From: an uncultured Pseudohongiella sp.
Lineage (GTDB): Bacteria; Pseudomonadota; Gammaproteobacteria; Pseudomonadales; Pseudohongiellaceae
Direction of reading: 5' to 3'
DNA length: 64,000 nt
NCBI GenBank assembly: GCA_965261275.1
Contig: CBDHCL010000005.1
Location: forward strand, 744,710-808,709
Part shown: positions 9,708-19,596 of the stretch, piece after piece
How the letters are laid out: the number at the start of each line of letters is the position of its first letter
Numbering within the stretch: position 1 is the first letter of the stretch
The notes under the pieces: generated by a model
Told to the model about the DNA's origin: nothing
The model's database searches: none
Seen by the model: only the letters and a program-made list of their open reading frames with translations
Made by a program: the position numbers and the translations under genes

Positions 9708-10451
9708 CTAATCCGCAGGGTTCAAGATTTTGGATTTGCCACTATTTGCTGCCGATGCCTTGTCTTCCTTGTTATCGGAACTGTCCCCGAAACTGCCATG
9801 ACAGACTCTGTTTCGACCTTTCTGCTTAGCCAGGTATAGAAAAGAATCTACTTTTTTCACGAACTCTTTTTCAGTCAACTGATCACCCTGTTGGTAAACA
9901 TCAACCCCGAAACTGGCCTCTAACTCCAGTAAGGCATCACTTGCTTTCGCTGGCGAATTCTCAATGATTACACGCAGACGATTAGCGAAGCCTACCCCTT
10001 GTCTCAGCGTGGTATCTGGAAGAATAATCGCAAACTCTTCACCACCATAGCGACAGGGAACATCCAGACGCCGAACCGTGTTGCGAATCAAACTGGACAC
10101 ATGACCGAGTACAATATTTCCAGCTTCATGGCCATAGGCATCATTGATGGATTTAAAGTGATCCAGGTCTAACAGTAGTAAACAGGCAGGAAGACCAGAA
10201 CGGCGTGTACGCTCCATCTCCAGATTTAGGGCTTGATTGAAATAGCGAAAGTTAAATAGCCGGGTAAGCTCATCTGTTTGAACCAGCGCCGCCAGTTGTT
10301 TTATCTGTTGCTGAAGTCGCTTGACTTCAGGCAGATTTGTACACTTATCGTCCCCGGCCGGACATAAGTTGTCGGTTGAATGTAGGTCTGGCTGCTTGCC
10401 GTTCATCGATATTCTGTTACCAATTTTTATTTTCGCGGGAGAGCTGTGCAT
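9708..10451 (-). CDS. GGDEF-domain diguanylate cyclase
   Basis: RYGGEEFAIILP active-site motif. DLDHFKSINDAYGH. Short coiled-coil N-terminus with no recognisable sensor domain. Confidence 0.85.
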   Translation of the reverse strand: MHSSPAKIKIGNRISMNGKQPDLHSTDNLCPAGDDKCTNLPEVKRLQQQIKQLAALVQTDELTRLFNFRYFNQALNLEMERTRRSGLPACLLLLDLDHFKSINDAYGHEAGNIVLGHVSSLIRNTVRRLDVPCRYGGEEFAIILPDTTLRQGVGFANRLRVIIENSPAKASDALLELEASFGVDVYQQGDQLTEKEFVKKVDSFLYLAKQKGRNRVCHGSFGDSSDNKEDKASAANSGKSKILNPAD

Positions 10452-10503
10452 AATTGTCGGAAGTGTGGCTCAGCCGCGCAAGACAGTTGTAGATGGCAGA
10501 GCC
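10441..10503 (-). repeat. ~60-bp dispersed repeat, copy 1 (inverted)
   Basis: The reverse complement aligns with 12488-12547 and 42125-42186 (CCATCTACAAC.ATCTTGCGCGGCTGA.GCC.CACTTCCGACAAT.ATGCA..GCTC). Confidence 0.8.
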
Positions 10504-10506
10504 AAA

Positions 10507-10645
10507 GAGACCGTGCAAGAAACCCTCGCCAGGCTGCGTTACTGGTGGAAAACCCTTGCGGATTTGTGTGGTTTACTGGATTCCTGCCTTCGCAGGAATG
10601 ACAGGGTGGTGCAGGAATGACAAATGCTGGATTTTGCACAGCCTC
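10507..10645 (+). mobile_element. MITE copy (IS1182-TIR family), apparently complete, 139 bp
   Basis: TIRs GAGACCGTGCAA ... TTGCACAGCCTC. Flanking direct CAAA/CAAA. Central palindrome GGATTCCTGCCTTCGCAGGAAT. No coding capacity. Confidence 0.85.
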
Positions 10646-10704
10646 CAAAGCCCCCTTCCGGCCATTTTTTTTGAATTAGGCAAAGCTCTCTACCAGGCAC
10701 CAAA

Positions 10705-12417
10705 TCAGGGCGCTGCCCAGGCGGGGAAGGCAGCCAATACAGAAAATGTCAGGTGGCCTAAAGTATAGACAAACCCGGTTAATAACAGCACCGAAAGAAT
10801 GTCCAGCCAAATTCCTGCGATTACCATTTTCATGATGGGTACCCGCCCTGATCCAAAGATTATCGCATTAGGTGGTGTGGATACAGGCAGCATGAAGGCG
10901 CAGGATGCCGCCAGGGTTGTGGGGATTAGCAGCAATAATGGATGAACCTGTATGGCCTGGGAAAGACTGGCCATTATCGGCAAGGACAGCGAGATTGTTG
11001 CCGTATTCGAAGTCACCTCGGTTAGCCCCGTTATAAAACCGACTGTGGTTATGACTATTACCAAAGGACTGGCATCACCCAACAGCACTTGCAATTGCCC
11101 GGCGATATAGGCACCCAGCCCGGATGTTGTAAACCCTTTGGCGAGGGCCAATCCACCACCAAACAGTAACAAAATGCCCCATGGCAGCTTTTTCGCATCC
11201 TCCCAGTGCATTAGTCGACCGCCTGCTTTTTTGCTGGCGGGAGTAATGAACAACAGCAATGCCATGGCGATAGAGACAGTGCCATCATCAATCATGTGTC
11301 CAACCGGATTGGATCCCAATGAGAGCAGAAATACGTCCAAATAGTGACTCCAGCCAAAGACTTCTATGTCGGCACCGAACAGACGTTCCTTGCGCGTCAT
11401 CCATAGCAGGGCAGCACTGACAAAAACAGCGGTGACTCTTTTTTCTTCTGTGGACATGACACCAAGCCTGGCAATTTCATTACGAATAAAATCCTGGCCA
11501 CTAAAAGGTGTCGAGGCCGGCAGCGGGAAAACGAATCGAGTTAAAACGACCCAGGCAATAATCATATAGGTCGCGCTCATTGGCAGTGCAAATGCCATCC
11601 AGGAAGCGAAAGTTATTTCAGGAGCCTCGGGGAATAGTTGCGGCATTTGTGTTACCAGGACACCATTTGGCGGGGTGCCGATAAGCGTAGCGAAGCCGCC
11701 TATTGAGGCTGAATAAGCAATGCCTAATAGCAAGGTAAGGGGGAAATTATCGGCTCTTTTATCCAGTATGGCGCCCTTTGCAACTGCTTCTCGATTTAAT
11801 TCTTCATACAACAGTATGAGAGACATACCCATGGGCATCATCATCAAGGCTGTTGAGGTGTTGGATAACCACATGGAGAGAAACCCGGTCGCCACCATGA
11901 AACCCAATATCAGGCGATGCGGTTGTCCGCCTATTAGCTTTAGAATATTCAGGGCTATGCGTTTGTGCAGACCCCACTTTTCCACGGCGGTAGCAATGAT
12001 AAACCCACCCAGAAATAACAGGATTATCCAGTCCATGTACTGACTGGCCACATTAGGAAATACAATGTCTAAATCCGACGGGTCTAAACCGTTGTGCATG
12101 CTGACTGTATCGAAATCAATCTGATTGCTTGCCGACACCAGGCGTCCGCGCATTATTCCCATCAGCGGGAAAAGGACGATAGGCAACAGGGCGGTGGCAG
12201 AGAGCGGAATCGCTTCGGTGATCCACCATATCGCCATAAGCAGAATGACCGCCGCCATTCGTGTCACCAAAGGGTTTGCCGGGTCCAGATCGACGAACAG
12301 CAACATACACAGGAAAACCATCGGTCCCAGCCAAAGACCGACCTTGCTGCGCAGGGGCATACTAATGGCTTCTTCTCCTGTGGATTTTACGTCGGCTGTC
12401 ATGGCTGCTTCCTGCAT
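10705..12417 (-). CDS. SLC13/DASS family anion:sodium symporter permease
   Basis: 570-aa polytopic membrane protein with duplicated halves and DASS-type motifs (..SNTATISL.LPI.., GTPPN..). Confidence 0.75.
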   Translation of the reverse strand: MQEAAMTADVKSTGEEAISMPLRSKVGLWLGPMVFLCMLLFVDLDPANPLVTRMAAVILLMAIWWITEAIPLSATALLPIVLFPLMGIMRGRLVSASNQIDFDTVSMHNGLDPSDLDIVFPNVASQYMDWIILLFLGGFIIATAVEKWGLHKRIALNILKLIGGQPHRLILGFMVATGFLSMWLSNTSTALMMMPMGMSLILLYEELNREAVAKGAILDKRADNFPLTLLLGIAYSASIGGFATLIGTPPNGVLVTQMPQLFPEAPEITFASWMAFALPMSATYMIIAWVVLTRFVFPLPASTPFSGQDFIRNEIARLGVMSTEEKRVTAVFVSAALLWMTRKERLFGADIEVFGWSHYLDVFLLSLGSNPVGHMIDDGTVSIAMALLLFITPASKKAGGRLMHWEDAKKLPWGILLLFGGGLALAKGFTTSGLGAYIAGQLQVLLGDASPLVIVITTVGFITGLTEVTSNTATISLSLPIMASLSQAIQVHPLLLLIPTTLAASCAFMLPVSTPPNAIIFGSGRVPIMKMVIAGIWLDILSVLLLTGFVYTLGHLTFSVLAAFPAWAAP

Positions 12418-12487
12418 TGTTCTACCAGGTTACATCCATATAACGATGCAAAATCGGCAACTCGTACATCCTTGTACATTAAGTCCC

Positions 12488-12547
12488 GCCATCTACGACT
12501 ATCTTGCACGGCTGACGCCGCACTTCTGACAATTACGCAAGGCTCTC
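12488..12547 (+). repeat. ~60-bp dispersed repeat, copy 2
   Basis: GCCATCTACGACTATCTTGCACGGCTGACGCCGCACTTCTGACAATTACGCAAGGCTCTC aligns with the other two copies. Confidence 0.8.
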
Positions 12548-12729
12548 GGCCTGCTATTTTTCTACTGAAAGATAAATCCAGGCAAGATTTTGCCCGAACA
12601 GAATCAGCATAAACCTGCCACGGCATTGTTTGTCCATCGACCAGCGCGAAGCTACTGCTGCTGCGCTTGCCATTAGCAGCAACAGTAGACTGGGAATCCG
12701 CGCTGAAAAGTCGGCCGCGCATGGCTACC

Positions 12730-13207
12730 TAGAGTTGTTCCAGCATTGTTTCTGCTGAGCTGGCCTTGATTTCTCCAGCAGCCTCAATGCCGAGATAGCT
12801 TACCGTACCTGCGTCTACGATCATGCCAATCGCTGTACTCGCCGACCCATGCCAAAACCACTGGCATCCAGCTCAAGCCCGATTGCAGAAGTGAAGTCTC
12901 CATTGCCATCTGCCAACATCAAGATTTCTTCCGCGTTCTGTGCCTGCCCCCATGCTCCCATGACGAAGGCATCGTTGACCGCCATACAAGCAATTGTATC
13001 TGCACCCTTCGCTTTTAGTGCATCCGCATTGGCAACAAAACCCGGCAAATGGGTCATTGAGCAACCTGGCGTAAAAGCCCCGGGGACGGCAAAGAAGACC
13101 ACCTTCTTGCCCGCAAATACTTCATCGCTGTTGATATCTTTCGGTCCGTCTGCCGTCATGTGCTTAAAAGTAACCGATGGAACCTTGTCTCCAACCTGTA
13201 TCGTCAT
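12730..13207 (-). pseudogene. Prx5-type peroxiredoxin with an apparent -1 frameshift near 12838
   Basis: ORF 12821..13207 carries PGAFTPGCS and ends ...GFGMGRRVQRLA*. The expected C-terminus (STAIGMIVDAGTVSYLGIEAAGEIKASSAETMLEQL*) is intact in another frame and ends at the TAG at 12730-12732. Confidence 0.7.
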
Positions 13208-13553
13208 GTCTAACTCCTGTTTGGTAATGTGATTCAGTCAAGGCATAGTAGCAAATTCATCGCAGCTGGCGCCAGATTCCAGTACGCAAATCATAGCTCG
13301 GAATATCCCCGCAAAGTTTTCAAAAAACCGGGTGAGTTCTGGTTTGCATTCAAGGCTATAACAGGACTGCTGTCACCGAGCAGGCATTCAGGGACGTCGC
13401 ACAACGAGAATTGAGAGAGCGGCAAATAACAAAATACAGGCGGCCAGCCATTGCTCATGAGTCCCGCCTGGCGTATCACTAAGATCGGACAGCACTATGG
13501 ACTTCCCTCTTGTGGCATCACGCAACACCCCGGTTTTTGAAAAATCAGCGGGC

Positions 13554-14168
13554 TCAGGTTTCATTGGCTAAGTCTGACACCAGTTGTTCAATATTTTCGA
13601 TGCGCTCCCAGGGATCATCCAGCTCCAATAAATGTTGCCTGGCTGCATTTTCGATAGGAATCAATTCAGCCAATCGCCAACCCAGATCCCAAAGATTATC
13701 ATAATCAATTATCAACTTTTTTTGTTCTACCAAGGGATGATTTCCCAGGTTCTGCAGTAAATCCGAAAGCGCCACGAACGCTTCGTCCACTGGAATCACC
13801 TGTTTGCCTACGCTGTCGGTTTCGCTAAATATGACCCTGGCGGTGAGTACTCCGCTATCTGCCTGCCAACAGTCCTTTATGATAAATTTCACGCTGCCTT
13901 CAACGGTAACTCCGAGCAGGCCATTCGACAACTGATCCCAATCGATGATGCGTGCATAGGTGCCAGCCCGGTGAATGGTTTGCGAGCCACCGTCACCAAT
14001 TGTTTCTTTTCCTTGCTTCAACAAACAGACGCCAAAACCTGTTTCTGTGCGCATGCAATGCCGCACCAGATCGATATAGCGACGCTCAAATATTTGCAGG
14101 TTTAATCTGCCACCCGGAAACATGACAAGGTGTAGAGGGAACAATGGAATTTCTTGAAAATTAGTCAT
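13554..14168 (-). CDS. LON peptidase substrate-binding (Lon N-terminal) domain protein
   Basis: IPLFPLHLVMFPGGRLNLQIFERRYIDLV N-terminus typical of stand-alone Lon N-domain proteins. Confidence 0.75.
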   Translation of the reverse strand: MTNFQEIPLFPLHLVMFPGGRLNLQIFERRYIDLVRHCMRTETGFGVCLLKQGKETIGDGGSQTIHRAGTYARIIDWDQLSNGLLGVTVEGSVKFIIKDCWQADSGVLTARVIFSETDSVGKQVIPVDEAFVALSDLLQNLGNHPLVEQKKLIIDYDNLWDLGWRLAELIPIENAARQHLLELDDPWERIENIEQLVSDLANET

Positions 14169-14239
14169 AGCGTACCAGGCCCTGGCCGAACTATTTCATC
14201 AACCTGCAAGGATGATAAACCTTAAATCCTTCCTGAGCA

Positions 14240-15709
14240 TTAGCGATTCGATTGCTTGCAATGAACAGCCGCGGATGAACCAGGCTCCAAAGCCAGCAAT
14301 AACTTCTCATGGATAGCATCGAAGTTGCCATTGCTCATAACAACGATATGGTCTCCAGGCAATGAATTCTGTTCGAGGAAAGCTACAATTTCCTGTACTG
14401 ACGAAAACCTGTAAGCCGGTACTTTACTGTCTGCCACCAGGGCGTTGAAATCGAGACCTGAGTTTTCTGGTTGCTGCCAAATAACCTTATCTGCCTCTTG
14501 GCAGGCAGCAACCAATTGATGCTGGTGTATGCCAAGCTTCATTGTATTGGATCCAGGCTCAATTACTGCAATCAGACGTGAAGCCCCGGCTTCTGCCCGT
14601 AATTTCGCCGCCAGCCCTTGCAGGGTAGACGATATCGCGGTTGGATGATGAGCAAAATCATCATAAACCTTGATGCCTGCGACTTCGCCACGCAGCTCCA
14701 TGCGACGCTTCACACCCTTGTACTGTAATAAAGCGTCTGCGGCGGCAGTGACATCGACACCCACATGGTGTGCGGCGGCGATAGCAGACATCGCATTTTT
14801 TACATTGTGAATGCCGGTCATACTCCATTCGATAGTAGTTCGGCTCATTAGCTCACCGGTAGCACCCTGGCCGTATTTAGACAACGCGAACGCTGAACCC
14901 TGATCGTTACCTAGCCTTGCATTCCAGAACACGCCGCCATTCGCCGCCAATTTTTTACAAACTTCTTCAGGCACAGCGATGCCAAATTGTTGTTTGCGGG
15001 TCCAGCTTCCCATGCGCAAAACCGTTTCGATGCTGGTTTCGCCATGGGGCACTACCAGCAAACCGTTGCCTGGCACGGTTCTAAGCAAATGATGAAACTG
15101 TTTCTGAATAGCCTCCAGATTCTCGAAAATATCGGCGTGATCAAATTCCAGATTATTCAGAATTGCTGTGCGCGGCGCGTAATGCACAAACTTGGAACGC
15201 TTATCGAAGAACGCACTGTCATATTCATCTGCTTCAACCACAAAAAATGCAGAATCACCAATATCAGCCGAGTGGGGCATATTGTTGGTAACTCCACCAA
15301 TAAGGTAACCGGGCTTCATGCCGACGAACTCTAAAATCCAGGTGAGCATGGCACTGGTGCTGGTTTTTCCATGGGTCCCCGCCACTGCCAACACCCAACG
15401 GTCGCGCAATACGTACTGCGCTAGCCATTGCGGGCCAGAGATGTAGTTCAAACCCTCGTTCAACACATGTTCCACTGCCGGATTACCCCGTGAAAGCGCA
15501 TTACCGATAATGACCAGGTCTGGCTTCGGGTAAAGATGCTCAGCACGAAAGCCTTCCATCAGGTCGATGCCCAGCTCTTGTAATTGCGTACTCATTGGCG
15601 GATAGACATTGGCGTCACTACCACTAACGTGGTCCCCCAACTGTTTGGCCAAAATCGCCAGGCTTCCCATAAAGGTGCCGCAAATACCTAATATATGTAC
15701 GTGCATCAA
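14240..15709 (-). CDS. mpl: UDP-N-acetylmuramate:L-alanyl-gamma-D-glutamyl-meso-diaminopimelate ligase
   Basis: HILGICGTFMGSLAILAKQLGDHVSGSDANVYPPMSTQL N-terminus and Mur-ligase motifs (GTHGKTST). Confidence 0.9.
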   Translation of the reverse strand: MMHVHILGICGTFMGSLAILAKQLGDHVSGSDANVYPPMSTQLQELGIDLMEGFRAEHLYPKPDLVIIGNALSRGNPAVEHVLNEGLNYISGPQWLAQYVLRDRWVLAVAGTHGKTSTSAMLTWILEFVGMKPGYLIGGVTNNMPHSADIGDSAFFVVEADEYDSAFFDKRSKFVHYAPRTAILNNLEFDHADIFENLEAIQKQFHHLLRTVPGNGLLVVPHGETSIETVLRMGSWTRKQQFGIAVPEEVCKKLAANGGVFWNARLGNDQGSAFALSKYGQGATGELMSRTTIEWSMTGIHNVKNAMSAIAAAHHVGVDVTAAADALLQYKGVKRRMELRGEVAGIKVYDDFAHHPTAISSTLQGLAAKLRAEAGASRLIAVIEPGSNTMKLGIHQHQLVAACQEADKVIWQQPENSGLDFNALVADSKVPAYRFSSVQEIVAFLEQNSLPGDHIVVMSNGNFDAIHEKLLLALEPGSSAAVHCKQSNR

Positions 15710-15787
15710 CTATTCCCGTTGCTGATCAGCTTGTTTCTCAGTAATGCTGTTTATAGCACAAAACTCCGGTAGCATAGGAACACTAAT

Positions 15788-15823
15788 AGGAGCGCCAAGA
15801 GGAGCGCCAAGAGGAGCGCCAAG
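15788..15823. repeat. 12-bp tandem repeat (AGGAGCGCCAAG x3)
   Basis: Read directly in the divergent intergenic region between mpl and the 15842 gene. Confidence 0.9.
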
Positions 15824-15841
15824 AGAACACTGGAATCAATA

Positions 15842-16360
15842 ATGCCAGGCCAGCCTCAATTATTTTGGGATTTTTCCATCCAACTCTATGACCAACAAGG
15901 GGTAGCTGATGCCTGCCTGCAATTGCAGGACGAGTTCAATATCGATGTGAACCTGATTTTATTCTGTTACTGGTATGGCACTTACTTTGGAGAGATGGAT
16001 CAGGGATTAATGCGACAAGTCATTACTTTTTCGCTCGACTGGAGAGACAATGTCGTGCAACCGCTTAGAAACGTCAGGATGTGGATGAAGAAAAACACCG
16101 AGCCCACGACTGAATTCGATGATTTATACCAGAAAATTAAAACCAGTGAACTGGCAGCAGAAAAGTATCAGCAGGAAATGATTGAAATTCTGGCATCTTC
16201 GACTTCATGCCAGCAACAAGCAGGCTCGACAAACCGAAGCATTAGAGCAAACATCAACAACTTGATGCAGGAAACAGCCCTGGAATTTGACGAAAGAATG
16301 GAAGCCAGCCTGGAAAAAATTACCAGGGGCTTGAGAATGCAAGCACAGACCTGCACCTGA
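15842..16360 (+). CDS. TIGR02444/DUF2390-like protein
   Basis: FWDFSIQLYDQQGVADACLQLQDEFNIDVNLILFCYW resembles the family as I remember it. Not verified by search. Confidence 0.5.
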   Translation: MPGQPQLFWDFSIQLYDQQGVADACLQLQDEFNIDVNLILFCYWYGTYFGEMDQGLMRQVITFSLDWRDNVVQPLRNVRMWMKKNTEPTTEFDDLYQKIKTSELAAEKYQQEMIEILASSTSCQQQAGSTNRSIRANINNLMQETALEFDERMEASLEKITRGLRMQAQTCT

Positions 16361-16498
16361 TTGTTTGTTGCCAGAAATATTTGCTGCGTCCTCAAGCTGA
16401 CTGGATGAGGCTTGTTTTATCGGTTTAGTGCTATGCCCGGGTGGGTTTATGCCAGGCTCTCAATTAGCTAAAAACTGCTGTTTATCAGACTAACACGA

Positions 16499-16804
16499 TT
16501 ACTCATTATCACTGTCGGGGTCTTCGGCTTGGGGGCTTCGAACAGTAAAGCTGGCAGATATTGCGAAAGCTATTGCACCAAACAGCCAAAGCACTCCGTT
16601 GATCGTGGTGTTCTGACTATCACCTGTAAACGCCAAAATAGACAACCCTAACCAGATAAATGCCACTATCCAGCAGAGTGTGTTTGAATATTTGGCCAAG
16701 CCTGCACCGCGCAAATCTGCTACCACCCCGCATTTACCCGGATATTTGCCGGGTGATGAATTGTATGTGGCCGAAATTAAAACACTGCCTTCACCAAACC
16801 TCAA
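16499..16804 (-). CDS. hypothetical small membrane protein
   Basis: Two hydrophobic helices (LCWIVAFIWLGLSILAF, VLWLFGAIAFAISASF). No recognisable family. Start uncertain. Confidence 0.35.
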   Translation of the reverse strand: MRFGEGSVLISATYNSSPGKYPGKCGVVADLRGAGLAKYSNTLCWIVAFIWLGLSILAFTGDSQNTTINGVLWLFGAIAFAISASFTVRSPQAEDPDSDNE

Positions 16805-16819
16805 GCACTAGCACTGCAC

Positions 16820-18127
16820 TTAGACGGAAGCGGCCGCCCTGGCTTTAGATGATCGCCACTTGTTGCCACCGAAGCTGTCGTTCGCTGGTTTCCCGGAGCC
16901 GCTGCTACGCCGGTGACTTGCGCGGCGCGGCTTGTCTGTCTTGCGATTGTTTCTGTTGCTATTATCGGTATTTCTACTGGCAGCAAGGGGAATCGACAAG
17001 GCGAACTCAAACTCCTCACTGTCTCCGGCCGCTATAGCAAATTTTATCAAACGTTCTATGTCTCGTAATTGCCTGCGTTCCTCGCTGCTAACCAGAGAAA
17101 TGGCCTGCCCAGAAGCACCCGCTCTACCGGTGCGGCCGATGCGATGCACATAGTCTTCCGGGACGTGAGGAAGATCAAAATTTACCACTCTTGCCAACTG
17201 ATCAATATCAATACCGCGAGCGGCGATATCCGTTGCCACTAAAACCTGGACCTTGCCGCGCTTAAAGTCATCCAGCGCCCTGGTTCTTTGTGCTTGTGAT
17301 TTATTGCCATGAATCGCTGTCGCACTAATGCCATCTTTGCCCAGACGTTTCGCAAGATTATTAGCGCCGTGTTTGGTACGGCTGAATACGAGAGTTTGGT
17401 CGGCATTTGCCAACATCATTTCCGTTAGCAAATTGCTCTTATTCACTTTTTCTACGTGATAAACCTTTTGTGTAATAGCGTCTACTGTTGAATTTCTGGG
17501 TGCCACGTCAATTTCCACCGGGTTGTTGCAGATGGTCTTGGCCAGAGCCCTGATATCATCGGAGAAAGTCGCAGAGAACAGTAAATTTTGTCGCTGTTTG
17601 GGCAACAAGGCCATAATCTTCTTTATATCGCGAATAAAGCCCATGTCCAGCATGCGATCGGCTTCATCGAGAATCAATACTTCGATATCTCGAAAATTGA
17701 TACATTTTTGTTGATACAGATCCAGCAATCTACCCGGTGTAGCAACCAATATATCGAGACCACGGTGTAAAGTTTTCTTCTGTGGGTTGATGTTCACGCC
17801 ACCAAACACCACACCGTAACGCAAATTTTCATTGCTGCCGTAGCTGTGAATGCTGTCTTCGATTTGCGCCGCTAACTCACGAGTTGGAGTAAGCACCAGG
17901 GCGCGAAAACTATTGCGATTTTTATTTGCGCGCCCGCTGAGCAGTTGCAACAAAGGTAGCGTAAAACCGGCTGTTTTACCGGTACCGGTTTGCGCTGCGG
18001 CCATAACATCCCGGCCATTAAGAATTTCGGGGATCGCTTTTCTCTGGATGGGTGTAGGGCTTGTGTAACCTGTTTGTTGCACGGCGTGCAACAGCGTGTC
18101 GGACAGTCCGAGTGTGTTAAAAGTCAT
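16820..18127 (-). CDS. rhlE: DEAD-box ATP-dependent RNA helicase, RhlE-like
   Basis: [15 protein letters not shown] and [10 protein letters not shown] motifs. Basic C-terminal tail. Confidence 0.9.
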   Translation of the reverse strand: MTFNTLGLSDTLLHAVQQTGYTSPTPIQRKAIPEILNGRDVMAAAQTGTGKTAGFTLPLLQLLSGRANKNRNSFRALVLTPTRELAAQIEDSIHSYGSNENLRYGVVFGGVNINPQKKTLHRGLDILVATPGRLLDLYQQKCINFRDIEVLILDEADRMLDMGFIRDIKKIMALLPKQRQNLLFSATFSDDIRALAKTICNNPVEIDVAPRNSTVDAITQKVYHVEKVNKSNLLTEMMLANADQTLVFSRTKHGANNLAKRLGKDGISATAIHGNKSQAQRTRALDDFKRGKVQVLVATDIAARGIDIDQLARVVNFDLPHVPEDYVHRIGRTGRAGASGQAISLVSSEERRQLRDIERLIKFAIAAGDSEEFEFALSIPLAASRNTDNSNRNNRKTDKPRRASHRRSSGSGKPANDSFGGNKWRSSKARAAASV

Positions 18128-18653
18128 TCAATATCTCTTTTGTAAAATGCCTGGGCATTAATATTTTTCAAAAACGTAGCGCAGTTGCCGGCAGTTGTTA
18201 CTGCCAGGCCAGCCTTCGTTTTGTGGTTAAGTGTTTCCCGAGCTTTACATTTCGTAGAAAGCGCAGTTGCACGGCTGTGCAATCGATAACTAGCTGCTGA
18301 GTAGTGCGCCAATCGTGTTGGCGGTAAACTCAAGAGTGAGGAGATGACTTTACATCCGGGCCAAGAGGAATATCCAAATGGGAAGGGCTGAAGTCTCATG
18401 TGACTGCGACTAGTTACAGCTACAGCTACATGACCTTATCTAAGTATGATGCACCGTCAGGAATCGAAGCTGGCAGGCAATGTCACTGCAAGGCAAGATT
18501 TTGACGTGGCGGCACTCTACCACAATTGACCAAATAATCAAAATTAATTGAATTGATCAGAAAATATCGTTTTTGTTGGCTGTTTGTAGTCGATCCGAAA
18601 GCCCGAAAGACAGTGAGGAGCTACTATAAAAAGATCCGCCATCAAGCAGAAGA

Positions 18654-18860
18654 CTATTCCCCTGTCTGATAGCGGCTGGCATCGCTCAACAGATACACAG
18701 CAATTCCCTCGAAATCTTAGCTGTCAACCCGGCGACGTGCAGGAATTCTGGGTAGAATGGCATTGGCGAATCTTTCATTGCCCTCGTTGGCGTCCGTCAT
18801 CGCGGTTTCACTATGGTCGGGAAATACTGAATCAGTCAGATCAAACAGATTCTCTGCCAT
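18654..18860 (-). pseudogene. relic of the C-terminal part of an SDR (FabG-like) gene
   Basis: Minus-strand reading gives ...FPDHSETAMTD...RFANAILPRIPARRRVDS*DFEGIAVYLLSDASRYQTGE*. It has an in-frame TAA, lacks the N-terminal ~170 aa, and lacks the final VDGG segment. Confidence 0.5.
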
Positions 18861-18864
18861 TTAT

Positions 18865-19476
18865 TTATCTACCCTGTGTGCCCTGCCAACGCTGCACCAA
18901 ACCCGGATCAAGATCGAATAGATCCAACACTCTACCGACATGGTGGTCAACCAGATCATCTACAGATTCAGGTAATATATAATGAGCAGGCATTGGCGGT
19001 GCCATGATTGCGCCATTCTGGCTCGCTCTGTACAACAGTTCACAATGGCCCGTGTGTAATGGTGTTTCTCGCGGAACAAGTACCAAACGGCGTCTCTCTT
19101 TTAGTGTGACATCAGCGGCACGCACCAGCAGAGAATCGGCATAACAATTCACCACGGCGGATAAGGTCTTTATTGAGCAGGGAGCAATAATCATGCCATC
19201 GGATCGAAACGATCCGCTAGCGATAGTCGCTGTAATATCTTTATTGGAATGCACCTGGCTCGCCATGGCTTGAACATCCCTGGCTGTCCACTCAGTTTCT
19301 ATCGAAATATTTAACCTGGCGGAATCCGACATCACCAGGTGGGTCTCAATTTCCGACTCTTGCTGCAATACTTGCAATAGCCGAATGCCGTAGATGACAC
19401 CGCTGGCTCCCGACATTCCAATAATCAATCGCACTGGCTTCACCTGCTTGGCATGGGGTATCGATTGTGGCATCAA
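18865..19476 (-). CDS. ubiX: flavin prenyltransferase UbiX
   Basis: RLIIGMSGASGVIYGIRLLQVL N-terminus. Flavoprotein fold over 203 aa. Confidence 0.9.
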   Translation of the reverse strand: MMPQSIPHAKQVKPVRLIIGMSGASGVIYGIRLLQVLQQESEIETHLVMSDSARLNISIETEWTARDVQAMASQVHSNKDITATIASGSFRSDGMIIAPCSIKTLSAVVNCYADSLLVRAADVTLKERRRLVLVPRETPLHTGHCELLYRASQNGAIMAPPMPAHYILPESVDDLVDHHVGRVLDLFDLDPGLVQRWQGTQGR

Positions 19477-19596
19477 TCTCTGAGCAGTGGCAAGTCTGTC
19501 TGTCGCAGCCTCTTGGCCTCTCTCAGCCTTGACACTCTCCCAAGAAACTGTGTGAGAAACCCTCGCCAGGTTGTGTTACTGGCGGAAAACCCTTGT

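Noticed and set aside
12399-12722. 107-aa minus-strand ORF between the SLC13 gene and the peroxiredoxin gene
   Set aside because: It spans the 60-bp dispersed repeat, has poor coding character, and partly overlaps the SLC13 start. No family is recognisable.
18124-18399. 91-aa ORF immediately upstream of rhlE
   Set aside because: It more likely lies in the long 5' leader typical of DEAD-box helicase genes. Its composition is not protein-like.
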